A DNA stretch of 63,255 nucleotides, filler included, from Stramenopiles sp. TOSAG23-2 (taxonomy: Eukaryota): assembly GCA_900128395.1 (NCBI GenBank). It is 3 parts of 3 records of this genome, joined end to end, with 100 filler letters (N's around TTAATTAATTAA, not from the genome) between each part and the next. Parts side by side here need not be neighbours in the genome. Positions count along the whole stretch, not along the records: positions 1 to 30,767 come from LT649379.1; positions 30,868 to 61,537 come from LT649380.1; 1 more part is not named here. One strand, written 5' to 3'. Below are positions 23,201 through 31,632 of this stretch, one piece after another (position 1 is the stretch's first letter; the number at the start of each line of letters is the position of its first letter). The notes below the pieces were generated by a model that worked only from the letters and a program-made list of their open reading frames with translations, was not told the DNA's origin and did no database searches. Both the position numbers and the translations under genes were made by a program.

Positions 23201-26200
23201 ATCTTCGAAAGAAGGTTCAAATTGGATAATTAAAGACGTTGAATATGCTTCCCGTGTTGAAGTCGTGTGTAGCATAACATGATTATAAATCGGTTTAGAT
23301 GGAATCATCAAAGCAGGCAAAGCAATTGACATACGTGTTATACCACGACCTACGTCATTTACGCTTGATACCCTAACTCTGTAAGCTGTTCGCTTTTCCA
23401 ATGAAGATATTCGATAATTGAATGAATCACCATCAGCAGCAATCACAATGCTTCCATCTGGTACATAATCTAAATCTTTCGAAAAATCATATCTGCTACA
23501 TCCCATATCAAATGGATTTTGGCATTTACAGTAAGTTCGAACAGCTGCAACACAGCTGCTTGTTAGAGTTTCTGTACTGTTTCTCGGTTCGTGGGTATAA
23601 GCTAAATTTAAACAATTTCTATTATCATGATACAATGGGCAAGAAGATTGTAAAAATACATAATATTCAATAGCCATTGAAGCTTGTGAAAAATGTATTT
23701 CTTTTTCGACAGTTTGCTGAAGAAACGATGGACCAGTTGTTAAAGTCACAATTTTTTTAGATGTACGCGCTAGACTTGCAGAAATATTCTGGAAGAATTT
23801 TCCAATACTGTCTGAACAACATGGAAAATCTTGCAAAGATTGACAGTTCAATGACATAGATTGCAAGCTACTTTTATAAGAACTTAAAATATTTGTGCAA
23901 GATTGACCACCCTCATCCCTATCACATAAAAATGACGTAGCAGAACGGTCAAGTGCAGTAGAAATATATCGAACATCACCGCTTCTTTCACAATTTAAGC
24001 GTTCAACATTAGCAAAAACATATGTCATATTTTTCATGCATGGAGACGTACATGATATTACTGGAATATCTCCAAATGGATCTGAAATATAATTACGAAT
24101 AGTTTCAATTTCAGTACGACAACTGCCACTAACATCTAATAAGTCGCGCTCTACTTCTTTCAAAGAAGCACAAGTAATATCAGAGTCATGGTATCTACTA
24201 CCAACTTCATCATTTGTTACATTGTTGCAAGCAGCACAAACGTCATTTCCACCACCTTCACTCGATAAAGGGCATTGATCCAACACTGAACACGACCCAA
24301 TCGTGCCATCACAATTAGATGAGCATTTCCCATATGATGTTTCACCACTGATACTAGGATTGTAATTTTCATTGCAAAGGTATTTTGCTTGACTACCAGT
24401 CGAACCACTATCAAATTGAATGCGTCGATCATACTCCAATAAATATGAAACAATAGAATTACCGTTGTCAAACGAAGGAGCGATAAATTCGACATCTAAG
24501 CTTTCTTTAGCTAATTCCAAAGTGACATTGTTACCTTCATCAGGCTCAACCTGTTTGACTGTAAGTGCTGCTGGTGGAGGAGGTAATGCTCTTGGAACTT
24601 CGAAAGACGGCATAGAAAATGTCGGTCGGCTGTATCCTATTTCATTTAAAGCATACATACCAAAATAATATTTCATGCCAGCGCTTAAATTTGCAATCGC
24701 AACAATTGACTTCCCATCGACTAATGACGAAGTTGAAATTTTTTTATATCCGGTTAGACCTAGTGACAAACGCACATTTTCCAGATGACACGCTATATTA
24801 AGAGTATTTTGTTGTGCACAATAGTCACGAACAACATCTGCACAACAAGGAGAACTTTGCAAATATTTTACTACGCCATTTGTAAATTTACCAATCAACC
24901 CACCTTTGCATGACGGATGATGACATGTGGCATTATCCGCAAATATACAATTTCCAATTGCTTGTGTCGGATCTTCATCCACTATGCTTGTATTATAGCA
25001 AACATCAGCACATAATTTAGCTGGCGAAGAATCATCAATCGCATTTCTGCTAGTATCACAAGCATATTTCGGATAATGTATAGAAGTCTTTAACCAATCA
25101 ACTTTCCTACATGTTGCATTTTGCTTCCCAGTAGCTTCAGCGCACTGCGAGTTTGATGTACATCGAAGTGTACATGAAAATGTTTGCTGGTCACATAAGT
25201 TTGACATACATTCTTTATTAAACATGCAACAAGAACCTAGAACTTTGTTCGCGGTGATGTTGTAATTATTAAAACAAATTGCTTGTTGAGGCGCTTTGAC
25301 ATCGTATTCGATCAAATAGTATAAGATAGGGGAAAAATTATCTGAATCCGATAAACGAAAGATGTTAGTTAGACTACTACGTGAAACCGCTACACTAGTA
25401 TCAAGATTTTCTTGGACTGTTGTAACGACAAGAGACTTAGGCGAGCTTGGAACTTCTACAAGGTATCCTTCATCATACTGATATGGGTTTTCAGGATCCA
25501 AACGCATAGTTTTTGGTGGAGGTGAGCACCATCCAATCGGAGGTATCAACACACTAATCTTGTTCCGATCCATTCTTTTAGCAAGGGTTCTAAAAATTCT
25601 TCCATTCCAAGATGATGGAAAATAATATGCTATATCTAATCGAATCGTGAAATCTTGAATTGAAATAGACTTGCATGTTATCTCTGCAACAGCCGTCGTT
25701 GTATTTGTTAGCTTATTATATAGTAGATTTTCCTCTATGACCCATTTCGTTGACGTTGTTGTCCCATCCGCATTGTTATTGAAAAATTTCCAGTGGCCTT
25801 GTAACCATATTGGGCAATTTTCCGTTGTTAATGGTGTAGCACACGTCCCATTTGCTTGTCTAGTTGTATCTAAGCTATCCTTTTTTTCTTTCCCAGAAGA
25901 ATAACGAGGTCGTTGACACCAGTTATACGGTGAAAAATCCATTTTTATTTCAGAGCGTGGGTCCGTGTCATCTAGAAATATTAACCCACGCTCAATAGCA
26001 TCTATACCAACGTTATATTTAATATCAACTGAAATTGTTGTACCTATATAATTTATTTCATTAAAACTTGAAGCACGACAAAAAATTGATTCAATACGGT
26101 CATTATGGCCACTAATGTTATTGATGGAACTTCTCGTCCCATTGACGATCATTGTGTAACTATTTTCAATGTTACTAAAAGTATTTATTAGAGGCAAGTA

Positions 26201-28591
26201 TTTGTTACCCATCACCGACCACTGCCCATCAATCCATGGAGGACATTTTTCCAGCATTTTAAGTACACTACAACTAAAATATACAGTAGAAAAAGGACCG
26301 TTGTCTAGTGGAGATGAGATGTCTGGTCGTATACACCATCCATATGGACCAAAAGTCATTTCCATGGTACCATTTTCTTGATAGAATTTTGCAATGCCCC
26401 GACGAGTATGCCCCAACAACGACGTTGGTTTGTTAGGTGTTATATCAAAACTTACGGAATGCTTATCATTCGTAGCTTCTTTGTTTGCATCATGATTGCA
26501 ACTTAATTTACCATATACAACATTATTTACAACAACATCTCTGCCATGAATTGCTAACTTATTGACATTATACTCAGATCCACCGATGCTACTTATATAA
26601 GTCCAATTTCCTTCAAACCAACCTGGACATGATGCAGTTAGTAGTGGTGTGTTACATCTATACACAGTGCTTGTGAAAGGATGTGGTGCACCACTTGATA
26701 AAGTAATATCAAAAGTTGAAAATTCAGGTCTTCCACAAAATCCTGCCGGCGCCTCAACAACATGTATAGTCCCCTTTTCGTCCATTTTTTTAACAATAAA
26801 TCGCTTTACCCAATTTTCAAAATGAGTTGGCGAAAGACCTTCGATATCTAACATCAGCTCGTACGAATTTGTGGCCATAGAACATTTCATAGAACCATGA
26901 ATGTATTCTGTAGATTTTATGGTACCTAAATTTCTAGAATCGGTTACATTAAATCCCAGCACAACACTTTTCAAACTGTCACTGCCACTTGTATTGTTCA
27001 ATGAAATTCTAGGCCCAGCTAACCAATCTGGACATGGAATGGATAACAAAGACATTGAGCAAAAAAATTCATATGTATCAAACCCATTAGGGGTTGAAGT
27101 ACCAATTGCCACTGGCTTAGCACATTTTCCAGGCAGACTAACTGTAATTTTAAATGATACGTATGTTCGACTAAATTTAAATTTAGTATGACTACTCCAA
27201 TTCGTTACCGTGCTCGGTGATTGAAAAACGATATCTAGGTATGACTCTGGCCAATTTGCCATAGCTGTGTCACCAGGTATAGAATACGATTCAAGCTGTT
27301 GATCACATCTAATGCTTCCACTATACATAATACCATTTTTATCAATAAATTCTACTGCGTTTCTAGTGGAGTTAAAATAAACATCTACATCATTATTAGT
27401 CGTATGATCATTACTATTCAATAAATGACCACGCCAATTACCGTGAAGAAAAGTATTACATAAATTTTCTTCATTTGGCACTGTGCAATGTAGGCTCGTT
27501 CTTCTATAGGGAACCCGTTCATCAGTTTCAAAATTATATATGGAGGGGGTTGAAACATTATGTGGCCGTTGGCACCAATTGAATGGCGCACCAACATGTT
27601 CAAGGAGACTTGGATACTGCGTTACACGAAAGACACCCCTTAATTTATGTGCTGGATCAGTTTCCGTAAAATCAATTCTCCATTGTCCATAATCCCCTTC
27701 GCTCTGCGTTGACATTTGTTGGCATGTGACACTATATTGAAATTCAACTCCATTTGAAGTCGATAAAGATATTGTATTTCCATTATCCGCTATAGTCAAA
27801 ATCCAATTATCTAAATAAACGCCTGTCTCATGTATACTTGCCATAGATCCATTCCATGACCCGTGTAACCAATGAGGGCAGATATCGCTTAAAGCGGTTG
27901 AAGTACAACCTAAAGAGTCGTAATAATATTTTCCAGACGGGACATTCTCTTTACCATCGTCATACGAAGTAAGTTTCAATGTAGAAAAACTTGGGTATCT
28001 TGTATCTTGCTGACCATCTACATAGCAACTAGCTTGCCAACCATATGTAATTAAAACATCGATCGACGAGGACGTTCGACTACTTATACTTTCCGCAGCG
28101 ATTGTAGGTAATGTTTGTAAATTAGTCCTACCTAAACGTATGACACCACGTATAAATGGATATGTTTCAGACATCCAAGTCGGGGAATCAGGCATTACAT
28201 CCCATTCTATAGCCACGTTTAAATCATCTGAAGACTCTTCTTGCGATAGAATATCCCATTCTCTACCAACATTTAAAGCAGTAGTAGCCTTGCTAAGGTT
28301 TAAACCACAGCGCATTGTCCCACTAAACGGTTGAGTCAATATAACGGCTGATACATGATCTCCCACAACTGTTAATTCCCAGTTTTTAGCACTTTTCCAT
28401 TGACCTTGCAACCAAGGCGGACATAGCCTTGGTGCAGCACATGTTCCTTCGCATATGGGGTCGCATAATTCGTTGTTTGTGACTGGATCACAATCACAAT
28501 GTGAAGTTTGCCATGATTGGGAAAAAGGTATGCAAATTACTAGTATGGTCGTCAATAGTAAAATTAATACTAGTTCGAAATATTTTATCAT
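14237..28591 (-). CDS. Giant (4784 aa) polycystin-1/REJ-like receptor: signal peptide, 7 N-terminal repeats, FN3, Calx-beta-like repeats, REJ, EGF-like, GAIN/GPS, multi-TM region with IQ motifs and a tetraspanin-like module
   Basis: Uninterrupted 14.3-kb ORF. GPS: CSYWD...W...G...CQSTHLSQFA. REJ motifs: LDASRS, FVWSC, NKPPSSG, WADDIEDLPFTY. IQ motifs: VQAMWRG, IQSLVRR. CCG loop: IQNDGECCGF. Confidence 0.85.
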   Translation of the reverse strand: MIKYFELVLILLLTTILVICIPFSQSWQTSHCDCDPVTNNELCDPICEGTCAAPRLCPPWLQGQWKSAKNWELTVVGDHVSAVILTQPFSGTMRCGLNLSKATTALNVGREWDILSQEESSDDLNVAIEWDVMPDSPTWMSETYPFIRGVIRLGRTNLQTLPTIAAESISSRTSSSIDVLITYGWQASCYVDGQQDTRYPSFSTLKLTSYDDGKENVPSGKYYYDSLGCTSTALSDICPHWLHGSWNGSMASIHETGVYLDNWILTIADNGNTISLSTSNGVEFQYSVTCQQMSTQSEGDYGQWRIDFTETDPAHKLRGVFRVTQYPSLLEHVGAPFNWCQRPHNVSTPSIYNFETDERVPYRRTSLHCTVPNEENLCNTFLHGNWRGHLLNSNDHTTNNDVDVYFNSTRNAVEFIDKNGIMYSGSIRCDQQLESYSIPGDTAMANWPESYLDIVFQSPSTVTNWSSHTKFKFSRTYVSFKITVSLPGKCAKPVAIGTSTPNGFDTYEFFCSMSLLSIPCPDWLAGPRISLNNTSGSDSLKSVVLGFNVTDSRNLGTIKSTEYIHGSMKCSMATNSYELMLDIEGLSPTHFENWVKRFIVKKMDEKGTIHVVEAPAGFCGRPEFSTFDITLSSGAPHPFTSTVYRCNTPLLTASCPGWFEGNWTYISSIGGSEYNVNKLAIHGRDVVVNNVVYGKLSCNHDANKEATNDKHSVSFDITPNKPTSLLGHTRRGIAKFYQENGTMEMTFGPYGWCIRPDISSPLDNGPFSTVYFSCSVLKMLEKCPPWIDGQWSVMGNKYLPLINTFSNIENSYTMIVNGTRSSINNISGHNDRIESIFCRASSFNEINYIGTTISVDIKYNVGIDAIERGLIFLDDTDPRSEIKMDFSPYNWCQRPRYSSGKEKKDSLDTTRQANGTCATPLTTENCPIWLQGHWKFFNNNADGTTTSTKWVIEENLLYNKLTNTTTAVAEITCKSISIQDFTIRLDIAYYFPSSWNGRIFRTLAKRMDRNKISVLIPPIGWCSPPPKTMRLDPENPYQYDEGYLVEVPSSPKSLVVTTVQENLDTSVAVSRSSLTNIFRLSDSDNFSPILYYLIEYDVKAPQQAICFNNYNITANKVLGSCCMFNKECMSNLCDQQTFSCTLRCTSNSQCAEATGKQNATCRKVDWLKTSIHYPKYACDTSRNAIDDSSPAKLCADVCYNTSIVDEDPTQAIGNCIFADNATCHHPSCKGGLIGKFTNGVVKYLQSSPCCADVVRDYCAQQNTLNIACHLENVRLSLGLTGYKKISTSSLVDGKSIVAIANLSAGMKYYFGMYALNEIGYSRPTFSMPSFEVPRALPPPPAALTVKQVEPDEGNNVTLELAKESLDVEFIAPSFDNGNSIVSYLLEYDRRIQFDSGSTGSQAKYLCNENYNPSISGETSYGKCSSNCDGTIGSCSVLDQCPLSSEGGGNDVCAACNNVTNDEVGSRYHDSDITCASLKEVERDLLDVSGSCRTEIETIRNYISDPFGDIPVISCTSPCMKNMTYVFANVERLNCERSGDVRYISTALDRSATSFLCDRDEGGQSCTNILSSYKSSLQSMSLNCQSLQDFPCCSDSIGKFFQNISASLARTSKKIVTLTTGPSFLQQTVEKEIHFSQASMAIEYYVFLQSSCPLYHDNRNCLNLAYTHEPRNSTETLTSSCVAAVRTYCKCQNPFDMGCSRYDFSKDLDYVPDGSIVIAADGDSFNYRISSLEKRTAYRVRVSSVNDVGRGITRMSIALPALMIPSKPIYNHVMLHTTSTREAYSTSLIIQFEPSFEDRQWTDSFDIEFGHVSLKNVIEYVNCEQAHNASLSCVTIESTLATYSQRADANATYMYERILYNLIPGKEYFFRVYTVIANRRGRSRLSDPLSIIPPIQTPNAPIDLYVTHINGSSLFVSWKVPDFDGGSKIRKYRVEYRQVSPFNCSSINNCSCELNYSNDRCGEIVYNFTKVEHAVDSTTTHIVEITRLKMGVFYNVNITACNAIGCGLTSSHNPVKTMQPPEIPTRVEQAIHNYSTLSILYSPPVSNGGDAISSYFIAWAEIFTDIKYRKLNSTNETNSTNSTMNTLEIAKRYQFLNGVHEIVTPTLFKNYEETTARKYYENCSCLETTKNNVSYGGCCCDNSDCQSNVCHPGLGYCTALCSTVADCHMDPIVQSVSENMCSSDMFCEVRCPFDTLNKLSPCSIMLQKNVSSPPCVIEDFSYSWIRSKKIGYHNSTIPRQSCIQYILTYCSIIAPNDPACKWDSILNIGKQIPKCKQRKPRSEFVGIRANSLITSLEPNHRYFLRISACNSAGCGLNVSIGIPIAPMPQILLSESKQCVVEGKENDTYSVVLNSRPSSPIALYIDGVADELENMRRKIIFDKSNWSVPVDINVLALNDDYDDVETLTSNLVHSIKTQDVVYDLYQDYIPKRNITIEIKDNDYSGVLIWNTSVITSEVGLKGSYEVQLRSRPLHDVAFTMNSGEDIFIHPETIIFRNSIFDYRVNHTVNVTARPDDYDDPLVSTSIITHTSSTDDSNYYNIHIPDVSVTVIDEDTAGVVLTPNIFYGVDEGGRVTYDIKLTAQPRTPVLILISLNPASDGMLAKTPSQYIGNESSLSFSTSVIVRPNGDIAVLPAALLFDVGKENWMDPKTFTLNIDDDDTDLGVTYNTLIQHVAISDDATYNCEPCSDLITPVFNVSINDNDVAGILLSRKNLVVTEDGTRADIFFVELESAPRSIVVIQIKSLKNQVVVSPSQITFTSFNYMIQQKVNVSAFDDGILETQVHFDKLVYEITTDDKLFQKIVLEATNLRIIDASAVVDTSPPPSVLSMVQADNINEIHVTFDRPAYVELIGIEHSEDCNEFFSTRTAKLFGTGAFCYWHSRTQLRVREGTPLEKHVVPGSKLALLGGVVRSTLTSVIFSEGTYVLQPRLPPPEMTYAYYGDTGTELFVNFTGYCYGGFHDVAGATLCTNVFANSDKLGGAASCSWISPCLLRISLGFGSSIQPAFGLNRCGTCECQSCLPTPAYVNYYGYATKCSTSEYACTDEFCYCSVSSDISKEVLCPEGRSLRLIPDAVKPIRHSILSASGCIKIDVPPNVVEPTASIIALPHASICNDLTIDGTNSITSGGGRDDVTWSVASIYTAQGSAGSDYRTYFTESLNNISNAASSVQALRLSIPRDVLVVGFNGGIREIAVALTIENILGEHSSKSLKIAMSDSDNFYPIILMNDTTKIRRSEQFIVNGAVLPTCGTDSIIDVKFNWYITKNAANGKVNVVDTSTIDRFDGSKVIKIPAFFFESNMKYTIELQINKEGYSQSAFRTIIVLLSSIHVDVGALQRQQSVYNTFSLDASRSISDDISPDQYGSFGNKLKFVWSCSRRSGHGCAISYGINTYASEDGSALNFPAFTFTDVSEPYLFSVNVEFLGNSAMKTVAVQFVEIKGPSVDIKSPIMNKINTDKRFVLNGILEDGKVGGKNYVLHWEETSGYLNEQKEIQSVYGSPLDRISLVILPNSFLPGRSYSFRLSATNTEGTNYAEVSIRTNKPPSSGYIETYPEIATSSTTQFVTYTNSWADDIEDLPFTYLFSFIDVDNNDTIIPISTGPSFSTEIKHLLPYLKGVKLYKMVVTVTDNLGASFSTSKRKDGSTMIVKVISANAWDHSWYIGMRESDQYLSMLDELNHNDLSFKVISLAETLSSNKACDDDIQKCNNQTERHYVNSTCSEGFQRNMDHNSNYGKYSKLRLSPCQCKAAWTGKYCHLKKNEVDRRVKVRKDLMTVLTSRFEDLLVTEAVIQQQVLCINSIMDTPSEIDLSIVDDGISHLHNLFAPREFISVIDAAPIVVKTLQTIVTSAKLPGRNADILSNKSHSGYLGDRSHVAGLILNLTASVSRALLNHHVSGEFHLTLKSDDITMWAKREAFGGSYNINLDRNLGSVEAASINIDTSTYAMSLNKIDICAAALNLHYRNSVGNAIVSIEIFDGDKVDSGAVEWKELQVPVTLSIPVSPLFNGTVKDEKALCSYWDNKEKAWVVDGIFTEGKSAAGNTYICQSTHLSQFALMSRIIPSTPTFKKYVGDIKIGLYTYDTFNWDTTIVMIVYSGLLVLTCVAAIYITRKSYKMTSHRDLKSFLLFGSTKVAQRRPLVYLYNRTPVNFCKRVKHGFKTNHLLFACINDLIMRRALSILSLMTFTGAAFLIMCLSAYTIGTIETKTIDPGVSYTNLDPHVPIINTTIAAVIAIYVLMSVKNHISTTRSNFGRVINVSSGSATFVWEIVFKMIRYLLFGSSKVHRRLATSYDLIQGLSLYKAGPSSAKRWRNFEVLHIRALKYATRKDVAKRRLKSGDANNPLHGTTHSYERYVVDAIMHGSTPLSREIYNCATTVQAMWRGYSVRLRRRIFEAHYYNILKAQETINEKFFLPAFPQNIKTVILLLQSLLTSISFALLVYSLYSYQYIFLTPYASASLILGFFVANGASFGIYLLKFTSGKILFIFPSVMLLLLVVLASYNMEIVNVKALSKSNWDDIRTIWIDAAKNDGTSDDLAKIQNDGECCGFGDKLDYPVEECKYNNSTVLYRGDGCYSYIISDLVDHTELMGSISYVMITIQAISLFLSLFLMRYLPTNLEEDDYVTKGEKDKVNLLKELLFLENNGKVVASSIQLTKTVYDGAACTIQSLVRRYLGKTRQVRYLEIAHIKRNTSIDLLPVFGYMFLLIVLHAYCSFLMFTYGIKFDFDREILWSKTYLWTSFFIFFIIQPLIIILSEMLMKDWIPHMFYYIMKWGEMLRIQNMLEEDIIREGKSA

Positions 28592-29203
28592 TTTTATACA
28601 ATGTAAAAATATAGAAAAATAATTTTATTTACAAAAATTTTAGATTGATATTTTATTAGCTGATATCCATTGCAAAATGTAAAAATATAGAAAAATAATT
28701 TTATTTACAAAAATTTTAGATTGATATTTTATTAGCTGATATCCATTGCAAGAATATGTTGCTTATTATATAACGTATATACTATATTAATGGGTAAAAA
28801 GCTGAAGGTTTTTATATGTATCAATTGTTTCAAAATATGTCTCTATATATTATTTATTGTATATTATTGTTTATGCAAGTTAATTAATTAATATACTAGT
28901 ATTATTATAGGTATCAATCATGTATGTATTATTAGAAAAAGCTGTGTTCTACTCTTTACAATAAATTAAAATTAATAAAAAATCAATAGTAATACGTTTT
29001 ATTTTATTTTTAGTCATGCGGCCTGGCTGGCACGCCGACATCACAGGCATTATAGTTTCATTAATATCATCCATAGAAATTTGCTAAAATTTTAAATTTA
29101 AAAGAACGTACGATTCTTCGTACCATTAATATCTTTTTTATGCACATCATATTCAATATATTTTATATAATATAATATTTGAACAGATCTCTCTTGTTTT
29201 TTT

Positions 29204-30514
29204 TTAATCATCCTCCTCATCTGATGTATTAATACCTTCTTCTAGTCTTAATACTTCCAATTCTTCATCATCTAAAGCTGCTTCTGCACGACGGATTCTT
29301 TGATACATGTAACACGATCCACACGTATTAAACAATAAAACAACAACAACTATGGCAGCAGCAATGCCTAATTTATACATATGATGCGACATAATAATTT
29401 CAACATCTTCTTCCGTGTAACCAGGTGCAATTTTATCTTCTAATACAGACCATTCAGCTTTTACCACAGTTCGCATTTGTGTTGCATAATGAAATGACAA
29501 AACGCTTGATACGAAAAATAAAATAATTAATATTATTAATGAGCAAAAATAACATCTCATTAATGCACTGCTTTCTTTTCGTACAGCACAATATCCAATA
29601 CCACTTAATGTAGACATCAAAGAACCTAACACAGCAAGAAAATATGGAATCCACAAACCAGTCAAATGTTCTAACCCAGTAATTACACTTAATAATATAA
29701 CTAAAATACCAATAATAAATGTTGCACTATTAACAACTAACATAAAGTTACGAAATGTATATAAATGTCCTAGCAATTGAGATGTTGCACACATCGATAC
29801 AAACAATAAAATTGCTGAGATTAAACAAACAACTCCAGCAACGGCCATATGTTGTTCAATCCATTTTACCGTACTATTGTCAGGCATTCCATCACTTAAA
29901 TAATTCCAATAATATTCTACCAATGCTTCTGCATTCTGTAATTATATGTATGATGTATGCGTGCGTATTGTTAGAGGAGGATAATAGATATATTATACTT
30001 ATGTATAGGTTTAGGGGAATATTAAAAATTCACTTACATCTGAAAAAAAAAAGCAATAAAATGCACTAAACAATAAACCAGATGCAAATACCATTAATAG
30101 AACTAAATATGTGAATAAAAAGTATGACCGTTTTCTACCTGTTGCAAACGAACCAGCGAGTCCATTAAAACTAATAACTAACAGTGCAACACCCATGAAC
30201 ACGACAGTAGCCCAAGCGTTTTCAAAAAGAGATGTTGCACCTTTTGCAGATGCCCCAAGCGAACTTTCATTTGGCATGACATTTGCTGTTTTATTAATAT
30301 TCATATCTGCAGTACGGTTTGCCGCAGCTTGAATTGTTTTGTTTCGATTTGTTATTGTTATAGTAGTTGCACCATAATATATTAAAACGCATGCCAAAAT
30401 CATAGTCAATGTATTAATGACTACTAAATAACATTTTGCATAGCAACGTGCACAACAATCTTTCTTTTCATTATTTGTCGATAGAGCTGAACGATGCTTG
30501 GATAATTTTGCCAT
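29204..30514 (-). CDS. Two-exon tandem tetraspanin-like membrane protein, about 402 aa and about 8 TM (exons 30514-30038 and 29935-29204)
   Basis: Two track ORFs are joined in frame by a 102-nt phase-0 intron (GTAAGT at 30037, CTAAC branch point, TACAG at 29936). Two tetraspanin-like units: N.L..ILA / G..G... / Y..LL pattern, and LGSLMSTLSGIGYCAVRKESSALMRCYF. Confidence 0.8.
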
Positions 30515-30767
30515 ATTTATTTTTTCTCTCTCTCTCTGTACCTATATATATATGTATTGTATTTTGACAAGAGAGATATACTTTGATGATGATGGATGGA
30601 CTGTTTATGAAATTATGTATTGTCGTCTCTATTATTAGTTGAAATTGAGGTAAAATAATAATATAATAATAATGATTTTCTATACACAAACAATATTTTA
30701 GAAATATAGTACTATAATTCCCACTAATATATATGATATCATATATATTTATATGTGCATATATAAC

Positions 30768-30867
30768 NNNNNNNNNNNNNNNNNNNNNNNNNNNNNNNNN
30801 NNNNNNNNNNNTTAATTAATTAANNNNNNNNNNNNNNNNNNNNNNNNNNNNNNNNNNNNNNNNNNNN
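30768..30867. other. Artificial contig linker N44-TTAATTAATTAA-N44
   Basis: Symmetric 100-nt spacer whose 12-mer gives stops in all six frames; identical to the one at 61538. Confidence 0.97.
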
Positions 30868-31067
30868 GTACAACAGAGGAGGGTAACCATAGTATAAATC
30901 GTACATGGGCACCAAATCCATTGGAAAATGCAATGCAGAATGAAGAAAGCAGAATTACAAGTACAGAAAGACGTGCAAGTGATATTGAAATGGTTGTTGA
31001 TGGTCTTGGCGAGTTTCATTTAGATGCATTGAAGAAGAAGAAGCCGAAGAATGGAGAAAGACGATGA
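30868..31067 (+). CDS. 3' fragment of a CDS truncated by the contig start
   Basis: Open frame from the contig edge, TTEEGNHSINRTWAPNPLENAMQ...KKKKPKNGERR, ending TGA TAA. Coding-like GC content. Confidence 0.6.
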
Positions 31068-31632
31068 TAAATATTACGGTGTGACGTGTGACGGTGTGCA
31101 AAAATTTTATATTTTTAGTATTCTAATTCCCATTCAAGTATACATTATTGGACATTTGATAGTAGATTTATAAATAGGACATATTCCGGTAAATACACTA
31201 CAGAAAACCACCCCGTTTAGTACACACACTTTACAACTTGAATTAGTCAACTCTCTCAGCAAAACAATCCGACCTAGTTTTTTTATTAATACACTACAGA
31301 AAACCACCCCGTTTAGTACACACACTTTACAACTTGAATTAATCAACTCTCTCAGCAAAACAATCCGACCTAGTTTTTTTATTACAAGTTTGTACCTGGG
31401 TACAGGTATACCTGTGGTAATGCTATTTGTGCAAATCTAATATTTGTATAATTGAATTTATTATATAAGGATCTATATTTAAGCTTAATGAAATGAATAC
31501 ATACAGAGGGAAATGAAGATGTGGTATATATATATAAGAAAAAATTGATACAATTATATATAATAGATTTAAAAAAAAGAAATAAGATTATTATTCGTAA
31601 TAAATATAAATACATTTAAATACAAAAAAAAA

